64,000 bases of DNA from Macrostomum hystrix (taxonomy: Eukaryota > Animalia > Platyhelminthes): positions 1,488,001 through 1,552,000 of the forward strand of contig CATNEN010000010.1 in NCBI GenBank assembly GCA_950097015.1, in the 5' to 3' direction. Under the pieces are notes generated by a model that did no database searches, was not told the DNA's origin, and saw only the letters and a list, made by a program, of their open reading frames with translations. Both the position numbers and the translations under genes were made by a program. Shown here one piece after another: positions 38,669 through 51,095 of this stretch (its first letter is position 1; every line of letters starts with the position of its first letter).

Positions 38669-39025
38669 TTAGTTCTTGTTCTTCTTCTCCTTCTTGTTGC
38701 CCTCCCTCTTCTTCTTATTCTTGCGCTCCTTGCGCTGCTTCCGGCTGGCCTCGCGAGTTCGCTTGACCCTGTGAAACTTCTTCATGTAGTCCGGACTGTC
38801 ATAGATGAGGGCGTAGCCGCGAGACTGACCGCCGCCAAGGCTGGTCCTGAAGCCGTAGCACACGATCAGGTCCGGCGTGGTTCGGTACTTCTCAGCCAGC
38901 TTGCTCTTTACTTCATTCTTGCTGACATTCTTGCCTGAACCGCCGTGCGTCACATTCACAACCATCTGCTTGCGGTAAAGCAGACGGTTGGAGAACACTT
39001 TGAGGGTGCGCACACTCAGCGACAT
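38669..39025 (-). CDS. RPS24: Divergent 40S ribosomal protein S24 (eS24), intronless CDS, copy 1
   Basis: [38 protein letters not shown] and [10 protein letters not shown] match eS24 family motifs; 118 aa. Confidence 0.9.
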   Translation of the reverse strand: [118 protein letters not shown]

Positions 39026-41176
39026 CGCTGCTGCAAGGCGGGCAGGGGCGGGTGCTTGTCAGTTTGATATTCAACCTTGGAACCAACTGTTTTTGTCAGG
39101 CATAACTTCCTAAAATATTTTTTTTCTTATTAGAGACTTGATACATTCTATAATACTTGCATAACCCTTTAAGTCTAAAACAGTATAATCGTAATATAAG
39201 ATGATATATATTATAAAAAAGTTCTGCTAAGCCTAAATTGTCCTGCATTAGGCATGAGAGGCATCATCAGGAGCTTTATTTTATATATGCCAGGACTGAT
39301 TTAGATCATTTATAGCAAAGCTATATAGTTAAATAAAATATACAGCTATGCTGGTACATGCGATAAATTATCTGAGGGTAAGCTGAAGCTGTGCAGCATC
39401 CATCATGCCATCAAACAGCCACCTATAGGCATGTTGTATAGCTTTCTATAGGACAACTTTGATAAGGACATAGATATATGGCCAGAGACATCATTTTCTG
39501 GCATTCAATGAAATTGTTGCACCATTTCTTATTCTGCAATATGTGAAAGAAAGCTATACAATAAAAAGAGGAATTTGCCTAAGTCAAATAAGTAAGAATT
39601 GACTTGATCAGTTTTAATGCATTATTAAGGTTTTAAAGTGGATATAGTAATATTTTTCTGCCTGTACCCAGTGCCCAACATTTCTGTACATGTATAAATA
39701 AAGGTTCACTCCTACTCCTACATTTCAATTATTTTTATTCCAAATTGTTCGTTTACTAGTATTTAGCTATATTAATGAATTAAATCAAAGAACAAATTGA
39801 TTTGAGAAACTTCACTCGATTCACTCAAGCTTTTTTTAACACCCGTAAACAATTGAGTATATTGATATTATATATTTCTTGAACCAAGCAGTGATTAGAC
39901 TGATTAAACCCATAGCCCATGTCATTTAGAATTGGCATGTCATTTTCAGCATTGTGTCTTGACAGGCAAAAGCCATAATGGAAGCCATAGTCTGCATCAA
40001 GTAGTTAAGCCCAAAAAATTGGGTGTGTATTGGTCTTGCCTGCCAAAATTAGCATGAATGTCTGGCATGCACTTGCCTTATTGAATTCTTGTTGGGCACA
40101 TTTTGTGCTCATGGTTAGTATAACAAATTTGTAGCACTAATAACTAGAGGTGGTCCAAAAGCAGATTTTAAATAAAAAATAAATTCTAAACTCACACTTT
40201 TCTAACAACAAAATGTTTTAGAAATTTCCTAAATTTAAAATTTCCTTCACTGGTTACTCATAGTACCATTTTTAGGATTAATAGTGCAATATTTTGACTG
40301 CTTCAACTTGTTAGTTTTTTGTAAACTCTCATAAATTCATTTTTATACATTTCAGCATACATAAATTTTACAGAAGGAATGCACTTAAATCAAATCAATG
40401 TTTCAGTTTATAGGAATATATATTGTTTATGCAATTCAAGTTCTTAAACCTTGGAACCAATAGGCTGTTATTAGCAAATAGTTGAGTTTGTGCTCTTGAC
40501 AAAGACACAGAAAGATCACCCTATCCTATCAAAATCTAACATCCCCATGATTTGCCACTGAATTCTATTATAAATCAAGCAACCTATGGATTGAAGAACC
40601 TACTAAAACATAAAAACATTATAAAATAGAAAATAGTAAAAGGCAAAAATCAGGAAGAGAAAAAGATAATAAAGTTAGAGAGTAGAAGAGAAGAAGAAAA
40701 ACAAAGAAGTTGGCTAGCAACCATATAAGAAACAAATGATATCATGGTGCTGCATAGCACTGTACCAAGCTATGCCAACTACTAGACATGTGTCCATGAA
40801 ATTGTCAATTTTTCCTATGGCTATAGGGAGCATAGAGACATTTGTAACAAGTAAAAAGGTTAAATGCAAGTTTCACCAAAAAATCCTGACTTGCACCTAG
40901 ATTTTAGGAATCAGGTGCAAAGTTTATTTTCAAGCTAACATTATTATAGGCCTAATGTCTAAAAAAAATTTTTGTTTGAAAATTATAAAATTATAATGAT
41001 ACTGTATGACTAGCATTCTATAGTAGATGCAAAGAAACTAAAAAACAAAAGTAAGAAATAGTTCCAAAACTTATTATTAACCTCTTTTAGACATGAATAC
41101 AATTTGCACGATGGTTTTATTATAATCTGGATTTTTTGGCCTAGCGTGTGTAAAAGGGTAGTTTTAAAGTATATTA

Positions 41177-42962
41177 CGAGGGCTGTCCCAAAAGTAGTGT
41201 TACTTTTGATTATATCTTTTGTTCTGATGGTTCAAATAACGTGATTTGACACAGACTTATAGCGGCAAGTCTCTTCTTTCTATTAATTCAAATCTTTTTT
41301 CTAACAGACTAAGGAAATAGAAGTTATCAACGAAAAACTAACAGGACCTCAAACATAGACTTACAGTAAATCAACAAGCAAGCAAAAATGACCAACAGTT
41401 GAGTGGTTGCGAATATGAAGTTTTCTCGTAGCAATTGAAACGCTCCTCTTCACTCGTCGGTGGGAATGCTTGACTTCTCAACGTAGTCACCACCGAGCTG
41501 AAGGCATTTTTGCCACCGACTGAACAAACCGTCAATAGTGTTGGCATAACTCTCGCGTGGAATTTTGTGGAGCAGGACATTCCGCACTGCCTGTTCGAGG
41601 TTGTCACGGTTCTCATGAACTTTACCTCGCAGATACGACTTCATTAGTGGAAATAAGGCAAAATCTGCTGGTGCCAGATCAGGCGAATACGGTGGATGAG
41701 GCAAAATATTAAACTTGAATCTGCTGAGAGCCTTGGAGGTTTTCTGTGCAGTATGGGGTCTGGCATTGTCGTGGTGGAGAAGAAAGGGCTTGATTCCAAC
41801 CCGACGCTTGTTCCAGATTTCGAACTTCAATTTTTCAAGGGAAGCAATGTAGCACTCGGCATTGATGCTCTTCCCTGGCTCAAGAAATTCGATTGTAAGT
41901 GGTCCATTTCTGTCGAAGAACAAAGTCAGAAGCACCTTTTTGCAGTGAGGCTCTCGACGTGCCTTAACAGGGGGGTCTGAACCCCTGATTGTCCAAACCT
42001 TGGACTCCTGTTTGGTGGGGGGATCGAAGTGAGGCACCCACGTCTCGTCACTAGTAACAATGATTTGCCGAAACGTTTCCCATCCACCATGTTGCCTGAC
42101 GAGCTCCAGATTCTCCTGGCACACTCGCTGCCGCTGCTCTTTCAGGTCTGGTGTCAGAAGGTCTGGAATCCAGTGAGCACTCAGCTTCACATAATCCATG
42201 CTGGTGAGACTTCGATGAACCGTTGATTGCGGAGTATTCAGCCTATCAGCAATCTCTCTGATCGTCATTTGTGCGTCCTCATCAAGAAGATCCAGGATAG
42301 CGTCAGCCAGGACGTCAGAGTCTCGAACATGAGGGCGACCTGTCCTGAGCTGATCAGCAAGGTCCGTCCTTCCCGCTCGAAACTGTTCTATCCAACGATA
42401 GATGGTCATTTTACTGACCACGCAAGACCCATGAGCTGATGAAAGTTGCGGGTGAATCTTGGCTGCACTGTGCCCCATCTTCCAAAGGGTGTAAATCACA
42501 CTCCTCTGGGCAAAACTTAAGTGCACATCCATGATCTTTGGCACAGCAAGAAATGAGAACAAAAATGCTCGTACTGAAGCCAAGTCCAAGTGAAAGATAT
42601 GAAGATTTCATTCCATATTTTCCAGAGACAACTTTCAAATTATAACTTCATTATGATTTTTCCAAAGACATATCTTTGTCGCAGATTGAGAAATTGAGAA
42701 ATTTTGGTTGAAAGAGGGACCTCAGTCGAAAGCACTTTCGTAGTATTCCGATAGCTTGTTGATTTACTGTAAGTCTATGTTTGAGGTCCTTTTAGTTTTT
42801 CATTGATAACTTCTATTTCCTTAGTCTGTTAGAAAAAAGATTTGAATTAATAGAAAGAAGAGACTTGCCGCTATAAGACTGTGTCAAATCACGTTATTTG
42901 AACCATCAGAACAAAAGATAGGCCTATAATCAAAAGTAACACTACTTTTGGGACAGCCCTTG
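41177..42962 (-). mobile_element. Apparently intact mariner (DD34D) with ~200-bp TIRs; transposase CDS 42532-41450
   Basis: TA at both ends. TIRs 41177-41379 and 42754-42962 are near-perfect. Open ORF with TSDETW, HHDNARPH and YSPDLAPAD; 34 residues lie between the second and third Asp. Confidence 0.93.
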
Positions 42963-44361
42963 TAATATATATGTGATTGTATATATGCCATAGTCAGGAT
43001 CATACAGTCACCCCTCGCTAACCCTATTGGTGTACATTGGCATACAACCAAAAAATTGGGCCCTACCTATTGGCGTGAGTGGCATAGACACTTGCTGTTG
43101 CAACTTACAATGTAATGTACATAAACATCAGTATTTTTTAGGAATTTGCATAATTAAAAAAATGGAATCTATGTTAAAAAGACATTCACTTTAACAAAAT
43201 ATATGCCTATCTATTGTTCTATTGAATAGGCATAATTTTAATATTCTAATAAAACCTGCTGCTAGAGGCATAATATATATTTTACTTGCTTGCAGTATAA
43301 CAGGGATATATATAACATAGATGTAACTGTATTTAAATTGTGATATGCTCCATTTTTCGTTAACTATTAACTGATTTCTGATTAATGCTAACTGATCAAC
43401 TGATTAATTGATAACTGAAACTGACTGGCATTATTTTCTTGTAACTTTCAAATAGACACTTCTACTGCATCAATCGCAATGAAAATTTACAAAACCTCTG
43501 ATGCAGTTATCTGATTGCCTGATTTTTTCAGTTTCGCTGTAATTGAATGGTTATTTTTTATGTTACAATACTCTTGTTTGAATGTGAACGTGGATGTGAA
43601 TGTCAATCGTGAAATTAATACGTCGTCCGTGATCGTCCGCAAGCGAGCGACCGAAGCTCAAACAAAACTTTAAAATTACAAGAAAATAAAGCATTAAAAC
43701 AATTTCCATGCAATTAGTATGAATTTCTTGGGAATTTACAAAAAGAAGAAAAATTTTGTTAATAAAAAGCTAATTAATACCTTTTTAGCTTTTTCTAAAA
43801 GAAATTTCTTTTGAGTTGAAGCCTATTTTAAATAGCTTTAATAATGCGTGCATCGAGGACGTTAGTTAACTAATATAGCGTTAGATAGTTTGGACCTTCG
43901 GCTTTATTGTACCCACATTCAATTTAGCTATTGAGACTTATGTATGAGCTTGTAATACAGTTGTCATTGCGTTTGTAATAAGTTTGTGTATATTTATCTT
44001 CAGATGGTGTCTAACTAACTATATTGTACCTTGGACTCGTCCTCACCCCCAGCAGTGCATTATGTCACCACAGAACTGTAAGGATAATACCTACCTAGCT
44101 TATCCACATGGTAGCTGGTCATAATAAATCTGAATAAATAGTAATAATACTATGTGATCTTCCTTGTATGCCAATTATTGCAAGTCATCAGACACATAAC
44201 CAGGAATTTGTTTCAGGCCAATAAATTGGGGGTATAGTATTTTTTATAGTTTGTCTTATCACTATCACTTGACTTGGACTCTGCAGTTCAATTAGTCTTA
44301 GGAAACATAAAGGAAAAAAAGACAAATGACTATGGGGTTAGGTGGATGTTTCCCTGGGGCC

Positions 44362-44750
44362 TGGGTGCTAGTTATCTTGTCAATGACTCAATGGACCCTA
44401 GAAACGTTGTCATCTTACATCTTCGTCATCCACTTGTAAAGTAGGACACTTCGTCATCCAGCCAATTGGCATGCTTTAAAGTTTGGTCAGTTCATCATCT
44501 AATGATAACAAACAATCAAGTTCATCATCAATAAAGTGAGGTTGGGGTGGTGGGGCAGAGGTGTGAACATACTTCACACTCCAAATTGTCTAACAGTTTA
44601 AAAACTTTTGTTTTATAGATGACAAAGTGTCCACAAGTCTAAGTCTCTTTGTCATCCACCCTCTGAGATTTTGGACAGATTGTCATCTGGATGACAAAGT
44701 TGTAAGATGATGAAGTTTCTAGGGTCCATTGACAAGATGACTAGCACCCA
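44362..44750. mobile_element. MITE-like element with ~70-bp imperfect inverted arms
   Basis: TGGGTGCTAGTTATCTTGTCAATG..GACCCTAGAAAC at left and its reverse complement at ~44690-44750, with internal TTCGTCATCCA-type subrepeats. No TSD identified. Confidence 0.55.
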
Positions 44751-44771
44751 TGCCTAAATGGTCTGTTAAGC

Positions 44772-45907
44772 CAGTGGTTCTCAACCTGTGGGTCGCGACC
44801 CCCAGTGGGGTCGCGTGACCATTTTCTGGGGGTCGCAGCAAAAAGAAAAAAATGTATTTTTTATTGGGGAAGAACCCTTTAGAGATATTAGAGTAAAACA
44901 TTTTTAGTAAAAGTAAAAGTAAGTCAAAGGCTGTTAGCTACATTGCTATGGCTATAGCACTAGCGGCCTAGCACTCAACTTGAAGTCGCAACACAAAATA
45001 TGCACGCAGTCGCAAGCTAAGCCTCTTCTGCTAGATATGGGCTGAGTCACACGACACCCCACGACAAGCAAAACAAACTTTCCCTCTCTGTCTCCCTTTT
45101 ACCTTGTTACCCCAGCGAGTTTTAAACGAACGATCGCAACTCCCTACCCAGAGGAGGAACTCCTCTCACCAATCCACCCCCACATTTAAACGCATTCCCA
45201 TTCCTTTTGGCTTAGGATTAGGGTTAGATTAGGATTAGAGAGGCATCTGCTTAGATATTCAATCTCATCTGTTGTTAATGGTATCGTCTGCAAACTCACG
45301 TAAGTGCAGTTATAATGAAGCATTTCTTAAGTTAGGTTTCACAACTGCGAATGAAAAACCACAATGTGTTATCTGCGAAGTCACATTATTGTCAAAGGAG
45401 TCAATGAAACCAAACAAACTCAAGCGCCATCTGCAAACACAGCACCCTGAAGTTGTGACTAAGCCACGCAAGTATACTTTATGGAGAAGTTAAGGCGTCA
45501 AATTCCATCAGTTGGTATCACTGAACCAGCGTGCACAGGCAGCGTGCACAGGAAAGAACAGTGGTGCTGTGAAACGCATCCAAGATGTCACGCCTGACGC
45601 TAGCTGGACACATTGCTTTATCCATCGTGAAGCACTGGCAGCCAAAGACTTGTCAGCTGACCTCCACGCCGTCTTGACAGACGTTCCCGTGGTGAATTTC
45701 ATCAAAAGCTGACCTCTGAATCATCGACTGTTCACAGCGCTGTGCGAGGAAATGGGGGCTGAGCACAGTTCCTTCCTTCTCCACACCAAAGTTTGCTGGC
45801 TATCGCTGGTTCGCTGGTTCGCACGCTTATTATAGGGGTCGCAAACAAACAAAAAAGATGCAAGGGAATAAATTAGGGTCGCCTGAATAAAAGGTTGAGA
45901 ACCGCTG
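44772..45907 (+). mobile_element. Non-autonomous hAT (Buster/Charlie-type) deletion derivative, copy 2
   Basis: TIRs CAGTGGTTCTCAACC...GGTTGAGAACCGCTG. 8-bp TSD TGTTAAGC at 44764-44771 and 45908-45915. Transposase scraps KPQCVIC, ESMKPNKLKRHL and THCFIHREALAAK. Confidence 0.93.
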
Positions 45908-46655
45908 TGTTAAGCCACATGTTGCCTACATTGCAGTGTCCTTGCAATACAAACTACATATTTACTAGGATTGTCTTGGCCTCATAAGCAAGCAGTTTGA
46001 CCAGCATATGGAACTTTAATATGGTAGTATCCTTTAAAGTTTTTATTAGAATATATGGCTGCAAGTGTAAGCAATTGGGCACTATCCACACCACCTTAGT
46101 ATTGCCTTGGCACACTGTCCACAGTAGCTGAAAACTTATTCCAATATGGGCTCCATGTTAGTAATGTCAATAATTGAAAGTCAATTTAAGTTAAACATAA
46201 ATGCTCTGCAACCCTTCACTCCACTATGCATTTAATCCAGATTCCATCACAAATAAGTCATTACTGATGAGAGCTGAGTATATGGTACTTAAAGTGTGTA
46301 CTTGCTTTAACAAATCTTTTAAAAATTAACTAGCCAGTGGCTTAATTACTTAATTTATTAAGCATATTAAGGGTGTTTTGTAAAAGTAATATTTAGGAAG
46401 GAGTGTCTCCTCTAACTAGTACCCATCTGATTACCATATACAACTTTTGTGTTTAAATTTCTTGTTTAATTTTTGCGAATTATAAAGCCTATGCCAGGCA
46501 GTACAATAAATACACTTGCATATAGGCAATTTATTAAAATAAAGTGTTCTTTAACGTGTTTCGCTTTTCTATTCAAATTAGCCAACAGCTTATTAGGTTC
46601 AGATAATAAATATCAAGATAACAATAGCACCCGCCCTGCCCGCCTTGCAGCAGCA

Positions 46656-47012
46656 ATGTCGCTGAGTGTGCGCACCCTCAAAGTGTTCTCCAACCGTCTG
46701 CTTTACCGCAAGCAGATGGTTGTGAATGTGACGCACGGCGGTTCAGGCAAGAATGTCAGCAAGAATGAAGTAAAGAGCAAGCTGGCTGAGAAGTACCGAA
46801 CCACGCCGGACCTGATCGTGTGCTACGGCTTCAGGACCAGCCTTGGCGGCGGTCAGTCCCGCGGCTACGCCCTCATCTATGACAGTCCGGACTACATGAA
46901 GAAGTTTCACAGGGTCAAGCGAACTCGCGAGGCCAGCCGGAAGCAGCGCAAGGAGCGCAAGAATAAGAAGAAGAGGGAGGGCAACAAGAAGGAGAAGAAG
47001 AACAAGAACTAA
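46656..47012 (+). CDS. RPS24: Divergent 40S ribosomal protein S24 (eS24), copy 2
   Basis: Inverted duplicate of 38669-39025; same protein, with one synonymous difference seen (TCC vs TCT). Confidence 0.9.
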   Translation: [118 protein letters not shown]

Positions 47013-47875
47013 GGCGGACAGCTGGACTGTGTTTTGCGACTGTGTGGGGACAGTGTTAGATTTTATCGCCACTTTGTTGATGACTCGCTGGCCAGTTAAA
47101 TACACGCGCAGAGTCCCCGATGGTTGAGAGAACTCTTGCTGTTGCAACTGAATGGAAACCGGTTCTTTGTGGCGATCGTTTTTTGTGTTCGTTATTTGCG
47201 ATAGCTTTAGCCTGATTGGCTATTAGAAGCAGAAACAGCACTGGGCTATTTCCAATGACTACATTTTTCTTTTTGTGTCTACAAAAATTTTCAACCAATC
47301 ACCATGAAAATTCAGAACACATGCTAAAATTTTCCGCTCTACCCGATAACAAAAACATCCGGAATCTCAAAACATCGGCATCGTCGAGAAATTCAACGGT
47401 TCTGTTGGCAAAAAACCACAAGTATAGGCATACTTTTTCTGTTCACAAAATGTCAAAATGTAATAATATCGGCTATCATGTAATTTATTTCATTTTTGAG
47501 CTAATATAGGTTTGCCATATGTATAGCTTTATGCAAAGCAGTGCTGGTTGTCCTTGTCACCTGGCTCTTCGGCACGAATCGCTGTATTTCTTCTGACTTG
47601 GACGGTTTTGAAAGTTAGGGCGGAAAATATTTATTTATTATTGGACTTTTTCGAAAATAGGTCATTCGGTTTGGGAACTATCGTGAGTAGGCAGTTGCCA
47701 TTTGAAACACCCCGTGCTCTTTCCCAAGGTGGGAAATTGCACGGTCTTCCTATTGTTTGCCAAGATATTCTAAGATATCTAAGACTGCGGAGCATTTTTC
47801 AAGATATTAAATGATTCTGAGAGAAGTTCCACTTTCCCATAAGAGCTGATGCACTCAGTACACCCATGTGCGCCG

Positions 47876-48956
47876 GGAGCCCGACATTTGACTGCTGCCA
47901 TTTGACTTCCACCATTTGACTGCCGAGCATTTGACTGCGGACAATTTGACTGCGGAGCATTTGACTGCGGACAATTTGACTGCCGAGCATTTGACCGCGG
48001 ACAATTTGACTGCCGAGCATTTGACTGCGGACAATTTGACTGCCGAGCATTTGACTGCGGGCAATTTGACTGCCGAGCATTTGACTGCGGGCAATTTGAC
48101 TGCCGAGCATTTGACCGCGGACAATTTGACTGCCAGCCATTTGACTGCGGACAATTCCACACTTTTGGCTGCACATTTATTGACTGCCACTTCAAAACGC
48201 ATTTCGTTTAGATGTTTATAATTAGTCGCAGAGCGGTTGAAACGAGGGTCACTTTAAACCCATTGCAAATTCCCATGGCTCCGTGAGGATAATTTCAATT
48301 GCAAACAATTGTCAACAGAGGATTTTCCTTCTCTCAGAGCTCGAAATTTCCTAGATAAAATGACTATAACAAAGTGTGAGAGCAACTCATAATTGGTTGC
48401 TGAGAAACAATTTTTCACTGACAAATTTATACTTATTTATCCGGAAATAATTATATACCTATTGCGAAGCTTTCTGGTCGTGGAGATAGAATGTTATAAT
48501 GAAAGAATTTACTGGGGAACTGGGGAATCAGACTGTGGCAGACAAATGCTCGGCAGTCAAATTGTCCGCAGTCAAATGCTCGGCAGTCAAATTGCCCGCA
48601 GTCAAATGCTCCGCAGTCAAATTGTGGCAGTCAAATGCTCCGCAGTCAAATGCTCCGCAGTCAAATGCTCCGCAGTCAAATGCTCCGCAGTCAAATGCTC
48701 CGCAGTCAAATGGTGGAAGTCAAATTGCCCGCAGTCAAATGCTCCGCTGTCAAATGGTGGAAGTCAAATTGCCCGCAGTCAAATTGCCCGCAGTCAAATG
48801 CTCCGCAGTCAAATGGTGGAAGTCAAATTGCCCGCAGTCAAATGCTCCGCAGTCAAATGCTCCGCAGTCAAATGGTGGAAGTCAAATTGCCCGCAGTCAA
48901 ATGCTCCGCAGTCAAATGGTGGAAGTCAAATTGCAGCAGTCAAATGTCGTAGTTCC
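47876..48956. mobile_element. Foldback/MULE-like non-autonomous element with modular inverted arms
   Basis: Arms 47876-~48150 and ~48545-48956 are inverted arrays of CATTTGACTG/CAGTCAAATG modules. Termini GGAGCCCGACATTTGAC and (reverse) GGAACTACGACATTTGAC. 10-bp TSD ATGTGCGCCG at 47866-47875 and 48957-48966. Confidence 0.85.
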
Positions 48957-51095
48957 ATGTGCGCCGATCAGCACTGCACCTGTCAGCTTTGCCAAGCGTG
49001 CATTGATCAATAAAATTGTAATAATATTATTATTATGTATTAATCTATTTTATCAGCTTGAGACTGTGTCTACATCATCTCAGACTTGGTATCTACAATT
49101 AGATTTGTCAAGTAGATTTTCTTATAATCTTCTCTTGCAGTTTGTATGTTTTGGTTATCTGCAACAACAGCCCCTTACTGTCAGTAGTATTAACGGTAGT
49201 TTTTGTAGGGTGATTTATAACCACTTTTTCCCTTGAAACTTGTATAACAAAACTCTGCTGGGCTTCAAAACAGCTGATTTATGAGCGATGCTAGGCTCAT
49301 GTCTTATTTTAGTATCAACAGTTTCTCGAATGCTATATAGATCAGTGTTCGCTATTTTTTGTGAGTAGCGAAAATTATTTATTATTATCAAGTTATTAAG
49401 TTATTATTACATTTTATAAATTGCTGTCCACTCGGCAAGAAATTGCTCATACAACAATGCTACTGGAGGAAATTGCGCGTGCAGTTCTTGGCTTCACGTT
49501 AGACAGTCTCGGATTTGGGACACCCAGGCTTAGTCGCATGCTGCCTACCTGGAGCTGGAGTGGCTCTGTAACATCTATATTGCTGCGTCACGCCCCGTAC
49601 TGGCACTCGACTACCCATCTTGGCACTCCGCTTCATTTCTTGGCACTCGACAGCATTTCTTCGCTTTAACTTCATTTCTTGGCACTCGGCTCCATTTCCT
49701 GGCCCCTCATTTTATTTTGACACTCTGCTATCCGTCCTGGCTCCGCGCTTAATTTCTTAGCACTCCATCCAAGCACACCACCCTATTTTATGACTTTCAT
49801 TAAATTTTACTATTCATCATTGACCGAATCCGCAGCTCGCATTACCGGATTGCATCTAACTGTACGGCGTGGCAGAGAATGCTAATTAAATGTACGCACC
49901 GCAGGCCAGGATATGCGGTGCAGTGCAGACACGCTTCGCTGTGCAGTCGGCTCGGCTCTGAGCTAGCTAGCTATTTAGGAATTCATTGCCCGCTTAGTGG
50001 GCTTGGACGCTCTGGTCCACTCCCTATCGATCCCCCACTCCCTGGGGTACAGGCCGGTGGGTCTAGGCTGTACTCCGCCCAGCCTTCTCCAAGGATTTCT
50101 CTGCCGCGCTCTCCAATCTCGTCCTCCTCTGTGTTGCCTTCTCTTGCTCCTCTCTCCAATGCCTCGCCATGCAGTACAGTGGACTCAAGCTAAAAGCGCG
50201 GGGAGTCTACCCGACTGAGAAAACTTCCTCCAGTCATTTGGCAGCTCCCAGCACTCTCGGCAGCCCAGAGCTCCGCACACCACCAATCGACTCTAAAGGG
50301 GGAAGTTATTTCTTGGCAACACAAATTGAAATCAAAGGGCGTTGGTGATATTTTGGTTGGCAGTGCCGCGCGGACCTCCAAGTGACTGCGTTTTCAGCTG
50401 TTCAGTTTCCAAAGCGACTGGTGAGTGAGGACCGATTGCTGCTCTGCTCCTTCTCAATTCTTCCCATAGATGAGACATCTACGCTGGTAATGCTGAGTCA
50501 GCTGCAGCGCTGGCGCATAGGCAGCGAGGGGACAGTTAAGGTCTAAGTGTGACTCAGCCATGCTGCCGGAGGGTTAACATCGAAGTTAATTGATCAGAGC
50601 AAATTCAGCCGCAGCAGAAGCCCTCAGGTTTCAGCGAATGATGAGCTGTAAACTGAGATCCTGCGCTGCAGCTGTGCAGCAATCCTTATTTAACTAGCAC
50701 TAGGGCGGCTTGTTTTTCTTCAATTTGTCGAACACATTTTCTGTTCCGGTGTCAATGTCTCGAGTGCCGGCTTGAGCAACGCGTAGCCCCAGCTCGGTAG
50801 GCAGGTGCCGAGGGGTAGCTGTGCCGCCTAGTACCCCGAGCCCCCGCCCCTACTACGAGCTTTGGCTTTGGAGCTACCATTTCCCTGTTGCTAAGCCAGG
50901 ACAAGTCCGTTAGCAACCACCAGTTGTGCCAAAGTATTTGCACAGCTGCACACACACATACACACTGTGCGCGTGTCTCCGTGCACTGTGGCTGTGGCGC
51001 TTTCTTTTTAACCGCCGCAAGTGGTCAAGTATCGGGAAACCGAGAGCCCTGTAACCGAATTCTCCGCCAGACCCCATTCAGAAACCGCAGCTGAC

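Noticed and set aside
47779-49236. Overlapping ORFs with SQML/AVKC/PQSN repeats
   Set aside because: They translate the modular arms of the Foldback-like element, which is bounded by a TSD.
49430-50500. GC-rich stretch with CATTTCTTGGCACTC repeats and short ORFs; possible LINE remnant or missing TRIM RING exon
   Set aside because: No RT, endonuclease or RING motif could be read in the frames I checked.
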